IMG/VR virus record: IMGVR_UViG_3300042691_027609
Reading direction: 5' to 3' (one strand)
DNA: 64,000 nt
Origin: a virus
Within the stretch, counting starts at the first letter, position 1. Each line of letters starts with the position of its first letter. Below the pieces are notes generated by a model. It made no database searches. It had not been told where the DNA came from and saw only the letters and a program-made list of their open reading frames with translations. A program made the position numbers and the translations under genes. Of the stretch, positions 45,614-54,415 are shown piece by piece.

Positions 45614-46645
45614 ATGGCAAACGAATTTGTAGCCAAAAATGGCTTAATATCACAAAATAATACTACAGTTAGCGGTTCGCTAACAGTCACGCAAAATATA
45701 ACAAGCTCTAATTTCGCTTTCACATACCTAGATAATGATCGATTTGTTTATAATAACGGAGTATTAAGATACAATACGGGAGAAAATACTGAAGATATAG
45801 TAGTCTACAATCCACCTAAAGCTAACCACCATCTAATAGTCGATGGAGATAATGATTATGTAATACTACAAAGAGAGTCTGGTAATGTCGGTATAGGAAC
45901 ATCAACGCCTAGTGCTAAGTTAGATGTTAGTGGCAGTGTTCTTATAACTGGAGGCGTTGACGTAATAGACAGATTAAAAATATTTGCAGATCAGACTTCA
46001 CCTATGTCGGGATCTTTACAAGTGGGCACAGATAGCACAACAGGTTTTGTATACATTAGACCAAGCGGACTTACTGGTAATTTAACTAGTTCTAAATTAG
46101 AGTTTGTAAATAGAGGATCGAATGGAACATTAGGTGGACTATATAACACAGTCTTAGAAAATTATGAAAGATCCACAAGATTATTAACTGGTCAATACCA
46201 TGGCTACATGTCATTCGGAAGAGTTGATTCTCCGTATATGATGAGTATAATACCCGTTGTAGACACTGCTGGATCTTTGGGTGATATTATGATTGGTACA
46301 CCTATTTATAACACGCCTCCAACGTCATCCGGGTTTAGACTACAAGTAACAGGATCTGGAAATTCGGGTTCTTTTGCAGTAAATAATGTTTTAAAAGTAA
46401 TAGGTACATCAGTTTTAATAACAGGATCATTAAATATATCTCAGGGAATTACAGGTTCATTGAGTGGGTTGGCTACTTCTGCTTCATACGTAGATGGAGA
46501 CATATTTACAGAGACTAATCTAGTGCTGTCTTCATCGTACGCTTTAACAGCATCATACGCGATGAATGGAGGCAGTGGAGGGGGTGGAGGAATAACACAA
46601 GGTCAAGTAGTAGCAATAGCAACAGGATATTCAAACTTATTTTAA
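45614..46645 (+). CDS. Tail fibre-like protein
   Basis: 'GNVGIGTSTPSAKLDVSG' fibre repeat; TGS motifs. Confidence 0.75.
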   Translation: MANEFVAKNGLISQNNTTVSGSLTVTQNITSSNFAFTYLDNDRFVYNNGVLRYNTGENTEDIVVYNPPKANHHLIVDGDNDYVILQRESGNVGIGTSTPSAKLDVSGSVLITGGVDVIDRLKIFADQTSPMSGSLQVGTDSTTGFVYIRPSGLTGNLTSSKLEFVNRGSNGTLGGLYNTVLENYERSTRLLTGQYHGYMSFGRVDSPYMMSIIPVVDTAGSLGDIMIGTPIYNTPPTSSGFRLQVTGSGNSGSFAVNNVLKVIGTSVLITGSLNISQGITGSLSGLATSASYVDGDIFTETNLVLSSSYALTASYAMNGGSGGGGGITQGQVVAIATGYSNLF

Positions 46646-46657
46646 AAATAAAAAACA

Positions 46658-47089
46658 ATGGCACTAAACACAGCACCAATTTATTCAGGGGTTGGAGACA
46701 TACAGTGGACAACTGTATTAACAGCCGTAAACTCATCGTACGATGCAATAACTGCAAATGTAGCAACAGTATTTTCAGCGTCAATATCAGGAAGCTTTGT
46801 ACAGAGAATCAGATTTAAAGCGTCAGGTTCTACAACAGCAACAGCCGCACGTATATTCATAAACAATGGATCACCATCAGGCAGCGCAGAAAATAATGTG
46901 TTGTTTGATGAAATAACGTTACCACTAACAACAGGTACGCAAACAGCAGCAACTGCGGTGTATGAATTATCAATGAATATCGCATTGCCGCCGGCGTATA
47001 GAATATTAGCAACACTCGCAACTGCGCAATCGGTAGGAGGAGGATGGTATGCATCTGCTATAGGAGGATCATATGTAACACCACAATAA
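46658..47089 (+). CDS. Small beta-sandwich virion protein (fibre tip/adaptor)
   Basis: 143 aa, between fibre and Gly-rich genes. Confidence 0.65.
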   Translation: MALNTAPIYSGVGDIQWTTVLTAVNSSYDAITANVATVFSASISGSFVQRIRFKASGSTTATAARIFINNGSPSGSAENNVLFDEITLPLTTGTQTAATAVYELSMNIALPPAYRILATLATAQSVGGGWYASAIGGSYVTPQ

Positions 47090-47100
47090 ATTTAAATATT

Positions 47101-47289
47101 ATGCACTACATTTTAGCAAAAGACGACACAGGCGCACTTCCCGATCCCGAATTTTATTACGTAGTAGAAGACGACTGGCAAGTATTTGTAAAAGCAATTG
47201 ACAAAAATTGCAATGAAATAGGTTTACCAGTAGCATTTCATTTAGTAGACAGATTCGCGCAGCCACCAACTTGTGCACAACAGCCTTAA
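47101..47289 (+). CDS. Small hypothetical protein
   Basis: ATG 47101 (MHYILAKDD...), 62 aa, fills the intergenic gap. Confidence 0.6.
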   Translation: MHYILAKDDTGALPDPEFYYVVEDDWQVFVKAIDKNCNEIGLPVAFHLVDRFAQPPTCAQQP

Positions 47290-47297
47290 ACTAGTTT

Positions 47298-48200
47298 ATG
47301 TTAGATCTTTTTTACATACCATCTAATACCGAAAACACCAAGATCTTTTATGCAAACGGCTCCACAGCTTGGCAAACATGGAACAAACCGCGTAATGCTA
47401 AGTTTATACAAATATTTTGTTTAGGTAGTGGTGGAGGTGGTGGTGGAGGTGGATTAAATGTAGCAGGCACTGCAATCAACGCAGGTGGCGGTGGAGCTTG
47501 CGCAGGATACTCTCGCTGCATATATCCCGCCGCGTTCCTTCCAGATAATTTATACGTACAAGTAGCAGTTGGTGGATCAGGTGGAGCAGGCTCTAATACA
47601 TCGAATAGTAACGGATCTTCAGGTACGGCCGGAGCCATTAGTTATGTGGCAATTCAACCTGCTAATACAGCAATAGGAGTCATCGCGCAATCCACAAATA
47701 CAATAGCAGGAGGAGGTAACGGTAATGGAAATGTAACAGGAGCCGTAGCAGCTTGGACAACAGCAACAAACCCGTTCACAATATTGGGATTAATATTAGC
47801 AACAGCTGGAATAGCTGGACTTGCTCAAAACACGGCTGGTACGACAGCAATAACAAGCAGTATAGTAACACAGGGCGCCGGCGGCGGAAGTAAACCTGCA
47901 AATAATCAAAATGCCGGAGGATCAATATTTAGTGCTAGTGTAGTCTTGACAACACAATTAAATGGCGGAGTAGCCGGTGGTAGCCCCGGTAAAGATGGAT
48001 ACGGAAGTTTAATTCCATTTTGTGGTACAGGTGGATCCGGCGGAGGAGGAAATCTAACAGGAAACGGTGGACGCGGAGGAGATGGTTGGTATGGTTGCGG
48101 CGGAGGAGGCGCAGGATCAGGATTGAGTACAGGAGGATTCAGAGGCGGAAACGGTGGCAGAGGAGGAAATGGTATAGTAATAATAACAACAATATTCTAA
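47298..48200 (+). CDS. Glycine-rich adhesin-like protein, paralogue 1
   Basis: 'WQTWNKPRNAKFIQIFCLGSGGGGGGG ... GCGGGGAG ... GGRGGNGIVIITTI'. Confidence 0.8.
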   Translation: MLDLFYIPSNTENTKIFYANGSTAWQTWNKPRNAKFIQIFCLGSGGGGGGGGLNVAGTAINAGGGGACAGYSRCIYPAAFLPDNLYVQVAVGGSGGAGSNTSNSNGSSGTAGAISYVAIQPANTAIGVIAQSTNTIAGGGNGNGNVTGAVAAWTTATNPFTILGLILATAGIAGLAQNTAGTTAITSSIVTQGAGGGSKPANNQNAGGSIFSASVVLTTQLNGGVAGGSPGKDGYGSLIPFCGTGGSGGGGNLTGNGGRGGDGWYGCGGGGAGSGLSTGGFRGGNGGRGGNGIVIITTIF

Positions 48201-49078
48201 TGTTAGATTTATCATACTTTCAAAATAGTGGTAATGTAAACACACAAACATTTACAAACGCAGGTACGTGGGTAACATGGCAAAAACCACGTGGTGCTAA
48301 ACTTGTAAATATAATGTGTATTGGAAGTGGAGCAGGAGGATCAAATGGTGTATCGTCAAGTCTTAGCGTTAGAGGTACTGGAGGTGGAGGTGGTGGAGGT
48401 GGAGGTATAGTAAGAGCGCAATTTCAAGCATCCATATTGCCTGATTTACTTTATGTATACACTGGAGTAGGGGGAACAGGATCATTGGGTGGCAACCAAA
48501 AAACAACCACTGATCCTGGACAAAATGGTGAAAAATCATTTGTAGCTTTAATACCTAATACAACATCAATCTCAAATATAGTAGTTACATCCGGTAATGT
48601 TAGTGCTAGAGGACCTGTTAGTAATGTTGGAGGAGCGGGAGAAACTATAGCTACAATATCTAACGCTGTATTCCTAAATTTAGGAACTTTTATAGCAGTG
48701 GCTGGTACAGCTGGCACTAATGGTGGAGGTGGTACAGTCGCTGGAACATTAACACCAACACAAATCACAACAGGAGGATCTGGAGGAGGAGGAAACGCAG
48801 GTAGTGGACCATTTGCAGTAGCAGGATTTTACCCAGCATTTGCAACTATTACATCTGTAGCAGGAACAGGTACAAATGGTAGAGATGGAATTATGTTTAA
48901 CAAACCAGTACTAGCATTTATGGGGGGACAAGGCGCAGGAGGTGGAGGTACAGTAGGAGGAAATGGTGGAAATGGATCCTACGGCTGTGGAGGTGGCGGT
49001 GGAGGCGGTTCGCTAAATCTAGGAGGTAACGGTGGCAGAGGAGGAGACGGAATAGTAATTATAACAACAAGTTTTTAG
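48200..49078 (+). CDS. Glycine-rich adhesin-like protein, paralogue 2
   Basis: True start ATG 48200 (MLDLSYFQ..., TAATG overlap); same N- and C-terminal motifs as paralogue 1. Confidence 0.8.
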   Translation: MLDLSYFQNSGNVNTQTFTNAGTWVTWQKPRGAKLVNIMCIGSGAGGSNGVSSSLSVRGTGGGGGGGGGIVRAQFQASILPDLLYVYTGVGGTGSLGGNQKTTTDPGQNGEKSFVALIPNTTSISNIVVTSGNVSARGPVSNVGGAGETIATISNAVFLNLGTFIAVAGTAGTNGGGGTVAGTLTPTQITTGGSGGGGNAGSGPFAVAGFYPAFATITSVAGTGTNGRDGIMFNKPVLAFMGGQGAGGGGTVGGNGGNGSYGCGGGGGGGSLNLGGNGGRGGDGIVIITTSF

Positions 49079-49082
49079 AATA

Positions 49083-49892
49083 ATGCTAGACATATTTAAT
49101 ATACCGAACCAACAAGACAACGTAAAGATATTCTACGCTGCAGGTACAACTGCTTGGCAAACTTGGACTAAACCAAGAAAGTGCAATTTTGTTTGGATAA
49201 TGTGTATAGGAGGAGGAGCAGCGGGTTCTGATGGACTAATTGGGAACAACAGAGGCTCCGGTGGAGGTAGCGGAGCTATAACAAGAGCTCTCTTTCCCGC
49301 ATCCGTTTTACCTGATATTTTATATATTCAACCGGGCCCGGGAGGGAAGACATCATCAGCTGGTGGTAATAGAAGTTTTGTATCAATAACACCAAGTTCA
49401 TCAGTAGCTATGAATATAGTATGTACATCTGGCGCTGCTGCTGCAGCACTAGTTACGGCAGAAACAATAGCTACCGCTACGAATATGGGATTGGTTACTT
49501 TAGGAATCTTTAATTCTGTAGCAGGATTTTCAAATAATGGAGCATACTTAACATTCAGTATATTATCGGGAGGAGGAAACGGTGGAGAAGGTGGATCAAC
49601 TCCAACACCGGGCGTAGGATTTGCTTCTATTAATATAGGGAATAATATAGTTACCCCAAATATTGCCGGTGGCACTGGTACTAACGGAGCCAATGGCGCT
49701 GATGGAGTTTGGAATTGGAAGCCTATGTATGGGTTGGGGGGAGCAGGAGGCGGTCCTAATACTAATGGTATCGGTGGTAAGGGAGGTGATGGAGGATTTG
49801 GTTGCGGTGGAGGAGGCGGCGGTGGCGGAACAATATCAGGCGCTCCCGCAGGACGAGGTGGAGACGGCTTAGTAATAATTGCAACTTTTTAA
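49083..49892 (+). CDS. Glycine-rich adhesin-like protein, paralogue 3
   Basis: 'MLDIFNIP...WQTWTKPRKCNFVWIMCIGGG ... GRGGDGLVIIATF'. Confidence 0.8.
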   Translation: MLDIFNIPNQQDNVKIFYAAGTTAWQTWTKPRKCNFVWIMCIGGGAAGSDGLIGNNRGSGGGSGAITRALFPASVLPDILYIQPGPGGKTSSAGGNRSFVSITPSSSVAMNIVCTSGAAAAALVTAETIATATNMGLVTLGIFNSVAGFSNNGAYLTFSILSGGGNGGEGGSTPTPGVGFASINIGNNIVTPNIAGGTGTNGANGADGVWNWKPMYGLGGAGGGPNTNGIGGKGGDGGFGCGGGGGGGGTISGAPAGRGGDGLVIIATF

Positions 49893-49923
49893 ATCGAAGT
49901 GCATCGTCTAAACTAATTTACGT

Positions 49924-49932
49924 ATATTTATA
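49924..49932 (+). promoter_or_regulatory. ATATTTATA putative late promoter
   Basis: Intergenic before 49947. Confidence 0.65.
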
Positions 49933-49946
49933 AATAAACACAATTT

Positions 49947-50246
49947 ATGACACTGTTTATTATTTGCGTATTAGCTATCATTGCATTGGGAATTTACGTT
50001 ACAGTAAATACAAAACCTGTAAAAAGTCACGCGCCAACAAGCTTGCCACAAGAGCCCGTTATCGAGATTGAACCAGAAACTCCTCCGGGAGAAATAGATC
50101 TTGGTCCAGCAAATCCGCCTAAACACCAACTTCCAATAGATGGTAATTTAGACAACAAACAAAAAACAAACGGACAACAAAAGTCGAAAAGAAAATACAC
50201 AAAAAGAACAGACAAATCAAAAATTAATAAAAAAACAAAACAATAA
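49947..50246 (+). CDS. Membrane-anchored protein with Pro-rich and basic tail
   Basis: N-terminal TM; promoter motif upstream. Confidence 0.6.
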   Translation: MTLFIICVLAIIALGIYVTVNTKPVKSHAPTSLPQEPVIEIEPETPPGEIDLGPANPPKHQLPIDGNLDNKQKTNGQQKSKRKYTKRTDKSKINKKTKQ

Positions 50247-50252
50247 TAGTTT

Positions 50253-50489
50253 ATGGGAAAAATTACTGACGAAGAGTTAAAGAGACTTGAAACGGTTAAG
50301 AATAAAGTCTTAGAAGTTGCATCAATTTTGGGAGAACTAAATTATCAAAAAATAGTTATAGACGATCAAATAGATCAACAAAAAGATAGTATACGTCGTA
50401 TTAAAAAAGAAGAAAGCGACTTATTTGAAGAATTAAAATCGAAATATGGAAACATTTCGATAAATATTCAAACTGGAGAATTTAGTTGA
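50253..50489 (+). CDS. Small coiled-coil protein
   Basis: 78 aa, ends 'LKSKYGNISINIQTGEF'. Confidence 0.7.
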   Translation: MGKITDEELKRLETVKNKVLEVASILGELNYQKIVIDDQIDQQKDSIRRIKKEESDLFEELKSKYGNISINIQTGEFS

Positions 50490-50511
50490 TCTGTTTTTCA
50501 AAAAAATATCG

Positions 50512-50520
50512 GTATTTATT
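50512..50520 (+). promoter_or_regulatory. GTATTTATT putative late promoter (sheath)
   Basis: Intergenic before sheath; first base variant. Confidence 0.6.
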
Positions 50521-50555
50521 ACTAGATATAAAAAACAAATAAATAACTTATAAAC

Positions 50556-52310
50556 ATGGCTGAAACACTAATTTCCCCGGGTATACAATTAAGAGAAAAC
50601 GATCTAAGTCAAATATCTGAGGGTCCAATAGAAGCAGGTGCTGCTTTATTAGGACCTACAGTTTACGGACCGGTCAGCATTCCTACAGTAGTTAGATCAT
50701 ACTCCGACTATAAATCCAAATTCGGAGCGTCTTTCGTTTCTGGAGGTCAAAACTACGAATACTTAACCTCTATCGCTGCGCTAAACTATTTTGAGCAGGG
50801 AGGAACAAGTCTATTAGTAACAAGAGTAGCTTCTGGATCGTATACTGCTGCCACAGCTAGTGTAACAGGATCAGGTGCCGGTAGAACTCCGTTTGTATTA
50901 GAGACTCTATCAGTTGGAACTATCATGAATAACAGCGGATCTGCAATATCAAGTTCTCTTGTGAGTGGATCAAACGCAAACATTCGTTGGGAAATCGCAG
51001 CCGCAAGTTCAGCATCAGGTCAGTTTACTCTTTTAATTAGAAGAGGAGACGATAGCAATCAGAATAAAACTATATTAGAAACGTGGAGTAACTTATCTCT
51101 TGATCCCAACGAAACAAATTATATAGCGTATGTTATTGGTGATCAAGTAGAAACTAGATTGACTGATGAATTTGGAAATGCATATCTAACAACTTCAGGA
51201 TCTTACGTCAATAAATCAAGATACATAAGAGTAAAAGATGTTAATAATCCAACACCGAATTATTTCACATCTGTAGGTACCGCAGATCCACAATATACCG
51301 CTTCAATACCTGCAGTCGGATCAGGATCTTTACATGGTGCGTTTGGTGGAGCAACAGGAGATATTTGGGGAGGATATTCTATTGCTGGAACTGCATTAAA
51401 AATGTTTGAATCAATACCATCAGCAGCAGCAACTCAAACGAACAATATACAGGGTTTGATGCCAGGTAATTACACTGGTCCTATAGGTCTTTTAGAAAAT
51501 AAAGAAGCATACGATTTCAACGTAATATATGCACCTGGTATAAACAACCAAAACGCACCAACTATCGTACAGAGCTTGTTAGAATTGGCTCAAGATAGAG
51601 GAGATTGTATTGCTGTTGTAGATATGGTTGGTTATAACCAAAGCATGACTACTGCGACAACTAATGCCGCATCATACGATAACTCATATGCAGCAACATA
51701 TTTCCCATGGTTAATGGTTAGAAGTAGAGAAACCGGTAAGATGAATTTCGTACCACCTTCTACCATCATACCAGCTATATACGAATATAACGATAAAGTT
51801 GCCGCAGAATGGTTCGCTCCCGCTGGTCTTAACAGAGGAACCCTTGCAACAGTTCTACGCCCAGAAAGAAGATTGAGTTTGGACGAAAGGAACTTCTTAT
51901 ATGCAGGAAAAGTTAACCCTATTGCTGCATTCTCAGGAGTTGGTACAGTTGTTTACGGACAAAAAACTCTTCAAGCCAGAGCAACTGCTCTTGATAGAGT
52001 AAACGTTAGAAGATTGTTGATCTCATTGAAGAGATACATCAGAAGAGTTGCTGAAGATTTGATCTTTGAACCAAATACACAAGTAACACGTAATAAGTTC
52101 TTAAACCAAGTTAATCCATATTTGGAATACGTACAACAGAGACAAGGTCTATACGCTTTCCAAGTAATAATGGACGATAGCAATAACACAGCTGATGTAG
52201 TGGATAGAAACCAATTAGTTGGAGCAATCTACTTACAACCAACTAGAGTTGCAGAATTTATCTATCTTGACTTCAACATTTTACCAACTGGCGCATCATT
52301 TGGAGCGTAA
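50556..52310 (+). CDS. gp18: Tail sheath protein (gp18-like)
   Basis: 'SPGIQLRENDLS', 'WFAPAGLNRG', 'VNPI', 'GQKTLQ...ALDRVNVRRLL', 'FEPN'. Confidence 0.95.
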   Translation: MAETLISPGIQLRENDLSQISEGPIEAGAALLGPTVYGPVSIPTVVRSYSDYKSKFGASFVSGGQNYEYLTSIAALNYFEQGGTSLLVTRVASGSYTAATASVTGSGAGRTPFVLETLSVGTIMNNSGSAISSSLVSGSNANIRWEIAAASSASGQFTLLIRRGDDSNQNKTILETWSNLSLDPNETNYIAYVIGDQVETRLTDEFGNAYLTTSGSYVNKSRYIRVKDVNNPTPNYFTSVGTADPQYTASIPAVGSGSLHGAFGGATGDIWGGYSIAGTALKMFESIPSAAATQTNNIQGLMPGNYTGPIGLLENKEAYDFNVIYAPGINNQNAPTIVQSLLELAQDRGDCIAVVDMVGYNQSMTTATTNAASYDNSYAATYFPWLMVRSRETGKMNFVPPSTIIPAIYEYNDKVAAEWFAPAGLNRGTLATVLRPERRLSLDERNFLYAGKVNPIAAFSGVGTVVYGQKTLQARATALDRVNVRRLLISLKRYIRRVAEDLIFEPNTQVTRNKFLNQVNPYLEYVQQRQGLYAFQVIMDDSNNTADVVDRNQLVGAIYLQPTRVAEFIYLDFNILPTGASFGA

Positions 52311-52329
52311 AAACAGAAAATAAATAAAA

Positions 52330-52695
52330 ATGAACGATAATACAAGAATCAGAATCAAAGTACCAGCGCACTTATACGAAAGCGTAAAAAAGAGGCTGGC
52401 AATAAAAGAAGGCAAATCCGATTTTTCTGGAGGAGCGTATACGCAACCTGTAAAAGAAAAGAAAAACGTCGGTGAAAAACCTAAGTCTGAAATGAAAAAA
52501 GTCGGCACTCCAAAAGAAGAGGGCAAAGAAAAAACCATTGAAGAAAGGTTAGCAACTCTAGAAAACCTAATGAAAGAAATGGTCAAGGAAAAGAAAATGA
52601 TGAAAAAAGAGAGTGAAAAAGATCAAAGTTACGAAGCTGGAAAACAGCGTCCATCTATAGAAGAAAAAGACGAGGACGATAAAGAAGAAGATTAA
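52330..52695 (+). CDS. Charged hypothetical protein between sheath and tube
   Basis: 121 aa K/E-rich; LYE, IKE, VKE sites. Confidence 0.65.
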   Translation: MNDNTRIRIKVPAHLYESVKKRLAIKEGKSDFSGGAYTQPVKEKKNVGEKPKSEMKKVGTPKEEGKEKTIEERLATLENLMKEMVKEKKMMKKESEKDQSYEAGKQRPSIEEKDEDDKEED

Positions 52696-52710
52696 AAACA
52701 CAAAACAGAG

Positions 52711-52719
52711 ATATTTATA
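52711..52719 (+). promoter_or_regulatory. ATATTTATA putative late promoter (tube)
   Basis: Intergenic before tube. Confidence 0.7.
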
Positions 52720-52740
52720 AAAAATTAAAATCGATATAAC

Positions 52741-53226
52741 ATGGCAGTACTTGATCCCAATGAAATAATGTTTACGGCGTTTGAACCTACCGTTGCCAAC
52801 AGGTTCGTGATGTTCGTAGACGGTTTACCTTCATACTTGATCAAAAAAGCGGATGCTCCAGGTATAACAATGAACGAGATCAAATTAGATCACATCAACG
52901 TATACAGAAAGCTCAAAGGTAAAGCAGAGTGGAAAAACATTACACTAACACTACACAATCCAATTTCTCCTTCAGGTCAACAGATCGTTATGGAGTGGGT
53001 AAGACTACACCACGAATCAGTTACCGGTCGTGATGGTTATTCTGACTTCTACAAGAAAGATGTAAGTATGAGTCTATTGGGTCCGGTCGGTGATATCGTA
53101 ACTGAATGGATCATCAAGGGCGCATTTATCACAGAGGCTGGATTTGGTACTTACGATTGGAGTTCCGGCGATCCTGTAGAGATTACAATGACTCTGGGAA
53201 TGGATTATTGCATCCTTAACTACTAA
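52741..53226 (+). CDS. gp19: Tail tube protein (gp19-like)
   Basis: 'FEPTVANRF', 'KGKAEWKNITLTL', 'EW...GRDGYSDFYKKD', 'W.IKGAF'. Confidence 0.9.
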   Translation: MAVLDPNEIMFTAFEPTVANRFVMFVDGLPSYLIKKADAPGITMNEIKLDHINVYRKLKGKAEWKNITLTLHNPISPSGQQIVMEWVRLHHESVTGRDGYSDFYKKDVSMSLLGPVGDIVTEWIIKGAFITEAGFGTYDWSSGDPVEITMTLGMDYCILNY

Positions 53227-53246
53227 TTTTTTCATAACACAACATA

Positions 53247-53280
53247 AAGCCTCCACTGCTTCGGTATTGGAGGTTTTTTT
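53247..53280 (+). terminator. Rho-independent terminator with UUCG loop after tube gene
   Basis: AAGCCTCCAcTGC-TTCG-GTAtTGGAGGTTT followed by a T-tract. Confidence 0.85.
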
Positions 53281-53335
53281 ATGTGAATAAGTGAACACAA
53301 AAAAGATTAATTGTTATAAAAAAATCCGTATCTGT

Positions 53336-53344
53336 ATATTTATA
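53336..53344 (+). promoter_or_regulatory. ATATTTATA putative late promoter
   Basis: After the tube terminator, before the chaperone. Confidence 0.7.
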
Positions 53345-53360
53345 ATAAAATAAATAATTT

Positions 53361-54110
53361 ATGGCAGAGTTAAAAATTCCTACAGAGACTATAGAATTGC
53401 CCTCAAAAGGCTTGGTTTATCCGAAAGACAATCCCCTATCAGAGGGGAAAATAGAAATGAGATACATGACTGCTAAGCACGAAGATATTCTTACGAACGC
53501 TAATTACATGAAGCAAGGCATCGTATTTGATAAGTTGTTGCAGTCTTTGATAGTATCAAAAATAAATTATAACGATTTGGTTATCGGAGACAAGGATGCC
53601 ATATTAGTTGGTGCAAGAATTTTGGGTTATGGAAAAGATTACAAGATAACTTACACGAATCCAAATACAGGAGAAGACGAACCTGTTAACATAGATTTGA
53701 CAGAGATTAAAGAAAAGGATGTAGACTATTCGTTGTTCAATAATCAGAACGAATTTACTTTCGCTTTGCCGTCATCTGGCGATGAGGTCACTTTCAAGTT
53801 AATCACTCACGCTGACGAAAAAAAGATCGATGACGAAATAAAAGCAAATCTAAAACTTAATATATCCAGCAATATTACCTCAAAATTGAAACACAGCATT
53901 ACTGCTGTTAACGGAGATACAAGTTTAAAAACAATTAGAACTTTCGTAGACGAATACTTGTTGTCAACTGACTCAAGAGCATTAAGAGAGTACATGAGAG
54001 AAGTATCACCCGGATTGGATATGAGATTTACATTTGTCGGATCTGATGGCTACATCGAGGAGGGTGTAGAAATACCAATTGGCTTTTCATTTTTTTATCC
54101 CGCAGTCTAA
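53361..54110 (+). CDS. Tail/baseplate-hub assembly chaperone (gp26-like; lambda G analogue)
   Basis: 'IELPSKGLVY', 'MRYMTAKHEDIL', 'DLVIGDKDAILVGARILGYG', 'DSRALREY...PG'; lies between tube and tape measure. Confidence 0.8.
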   Translation: MAELKIPTETIELPSKGLVYPKDNPLSEGKIEMRYMTAKHEDILTNANYMKQGIVFDKLLQSLIVSKINYNDLVIGDKDAILVGARILGYGKDYKITYTNPNTGEDEPVNIDLTEIKEKDVDYSLFNNQNEFTFALPSSGDEVTFKLITHADEKKIDDEIKANLKLNISSNITSKLKHSITAVNGDTSLKTIRTFVDEYLLSTDSRALREYMREVSPGLDMRFTFVGSDGYIEEGVEIPIGFSFFYPAV

Positions 54111-54408
54111 TTATAGAGCAAACATATTTAAGGAAGTCCACGAAATAGTATTTCATGGGAAAGGTGGTTATGACTGGGAAACTGTTTATAACATGCCGAT
54201 ATGGCTAAGACGCTATACGTATAACGAAATTAAAGTATTCTACGAAAAAGAGCGAGAAGAGTACGAAAGAGCGTCGGGCGAAAACACGATTACGTCTAGA
54301 ACAGATCCAAGAAAGATAATAGACAGCGCGCCTAAACAAGTGCAAGCAGTGAACAATCCCTCGTTTGTGAGTAAAATCAAATCTTCTTCGAAGACAAATA
54401 AAAAATAG
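54079..54408 (+). CDS. Second tail chaperone segment (probably expressed by frameshift; lambda T analogue)
   Basis: Overlaps the upstream gene in +1 frame across a T7 run; only a TTG start; 'EIVFHGKGGYDWETVYNMPIWLRRY'. Confidence 0.65.
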   Translation: MAFHFFIPQSNYRANIFKEVHEIVFHGKGGYDWETVYNMPIWLRRYTYNEIKVFYEKEREEYERASGENTITSRTDPRKIIDSAPKQVQAVNNPSFVSKIKSSSKTNKK

Positions 54409-54415
54409 TTCTTTA

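Noticed and set aside
48020-48199. Arg-rich N-terminal extension of the second Gly-rich gene given in the ORF track
   Set aside because: It is an off-frame reading of the Gly codons of the upstream paralogue; paralogue alignment places the start at 48200.
47298-49892. Diversity-generating retroelement (TR/VR) among the Gly-rich paralogues
   Set aside because: No reverse transcriptase in the window, and the copies differ at all base types with indels rather than only at adenines.
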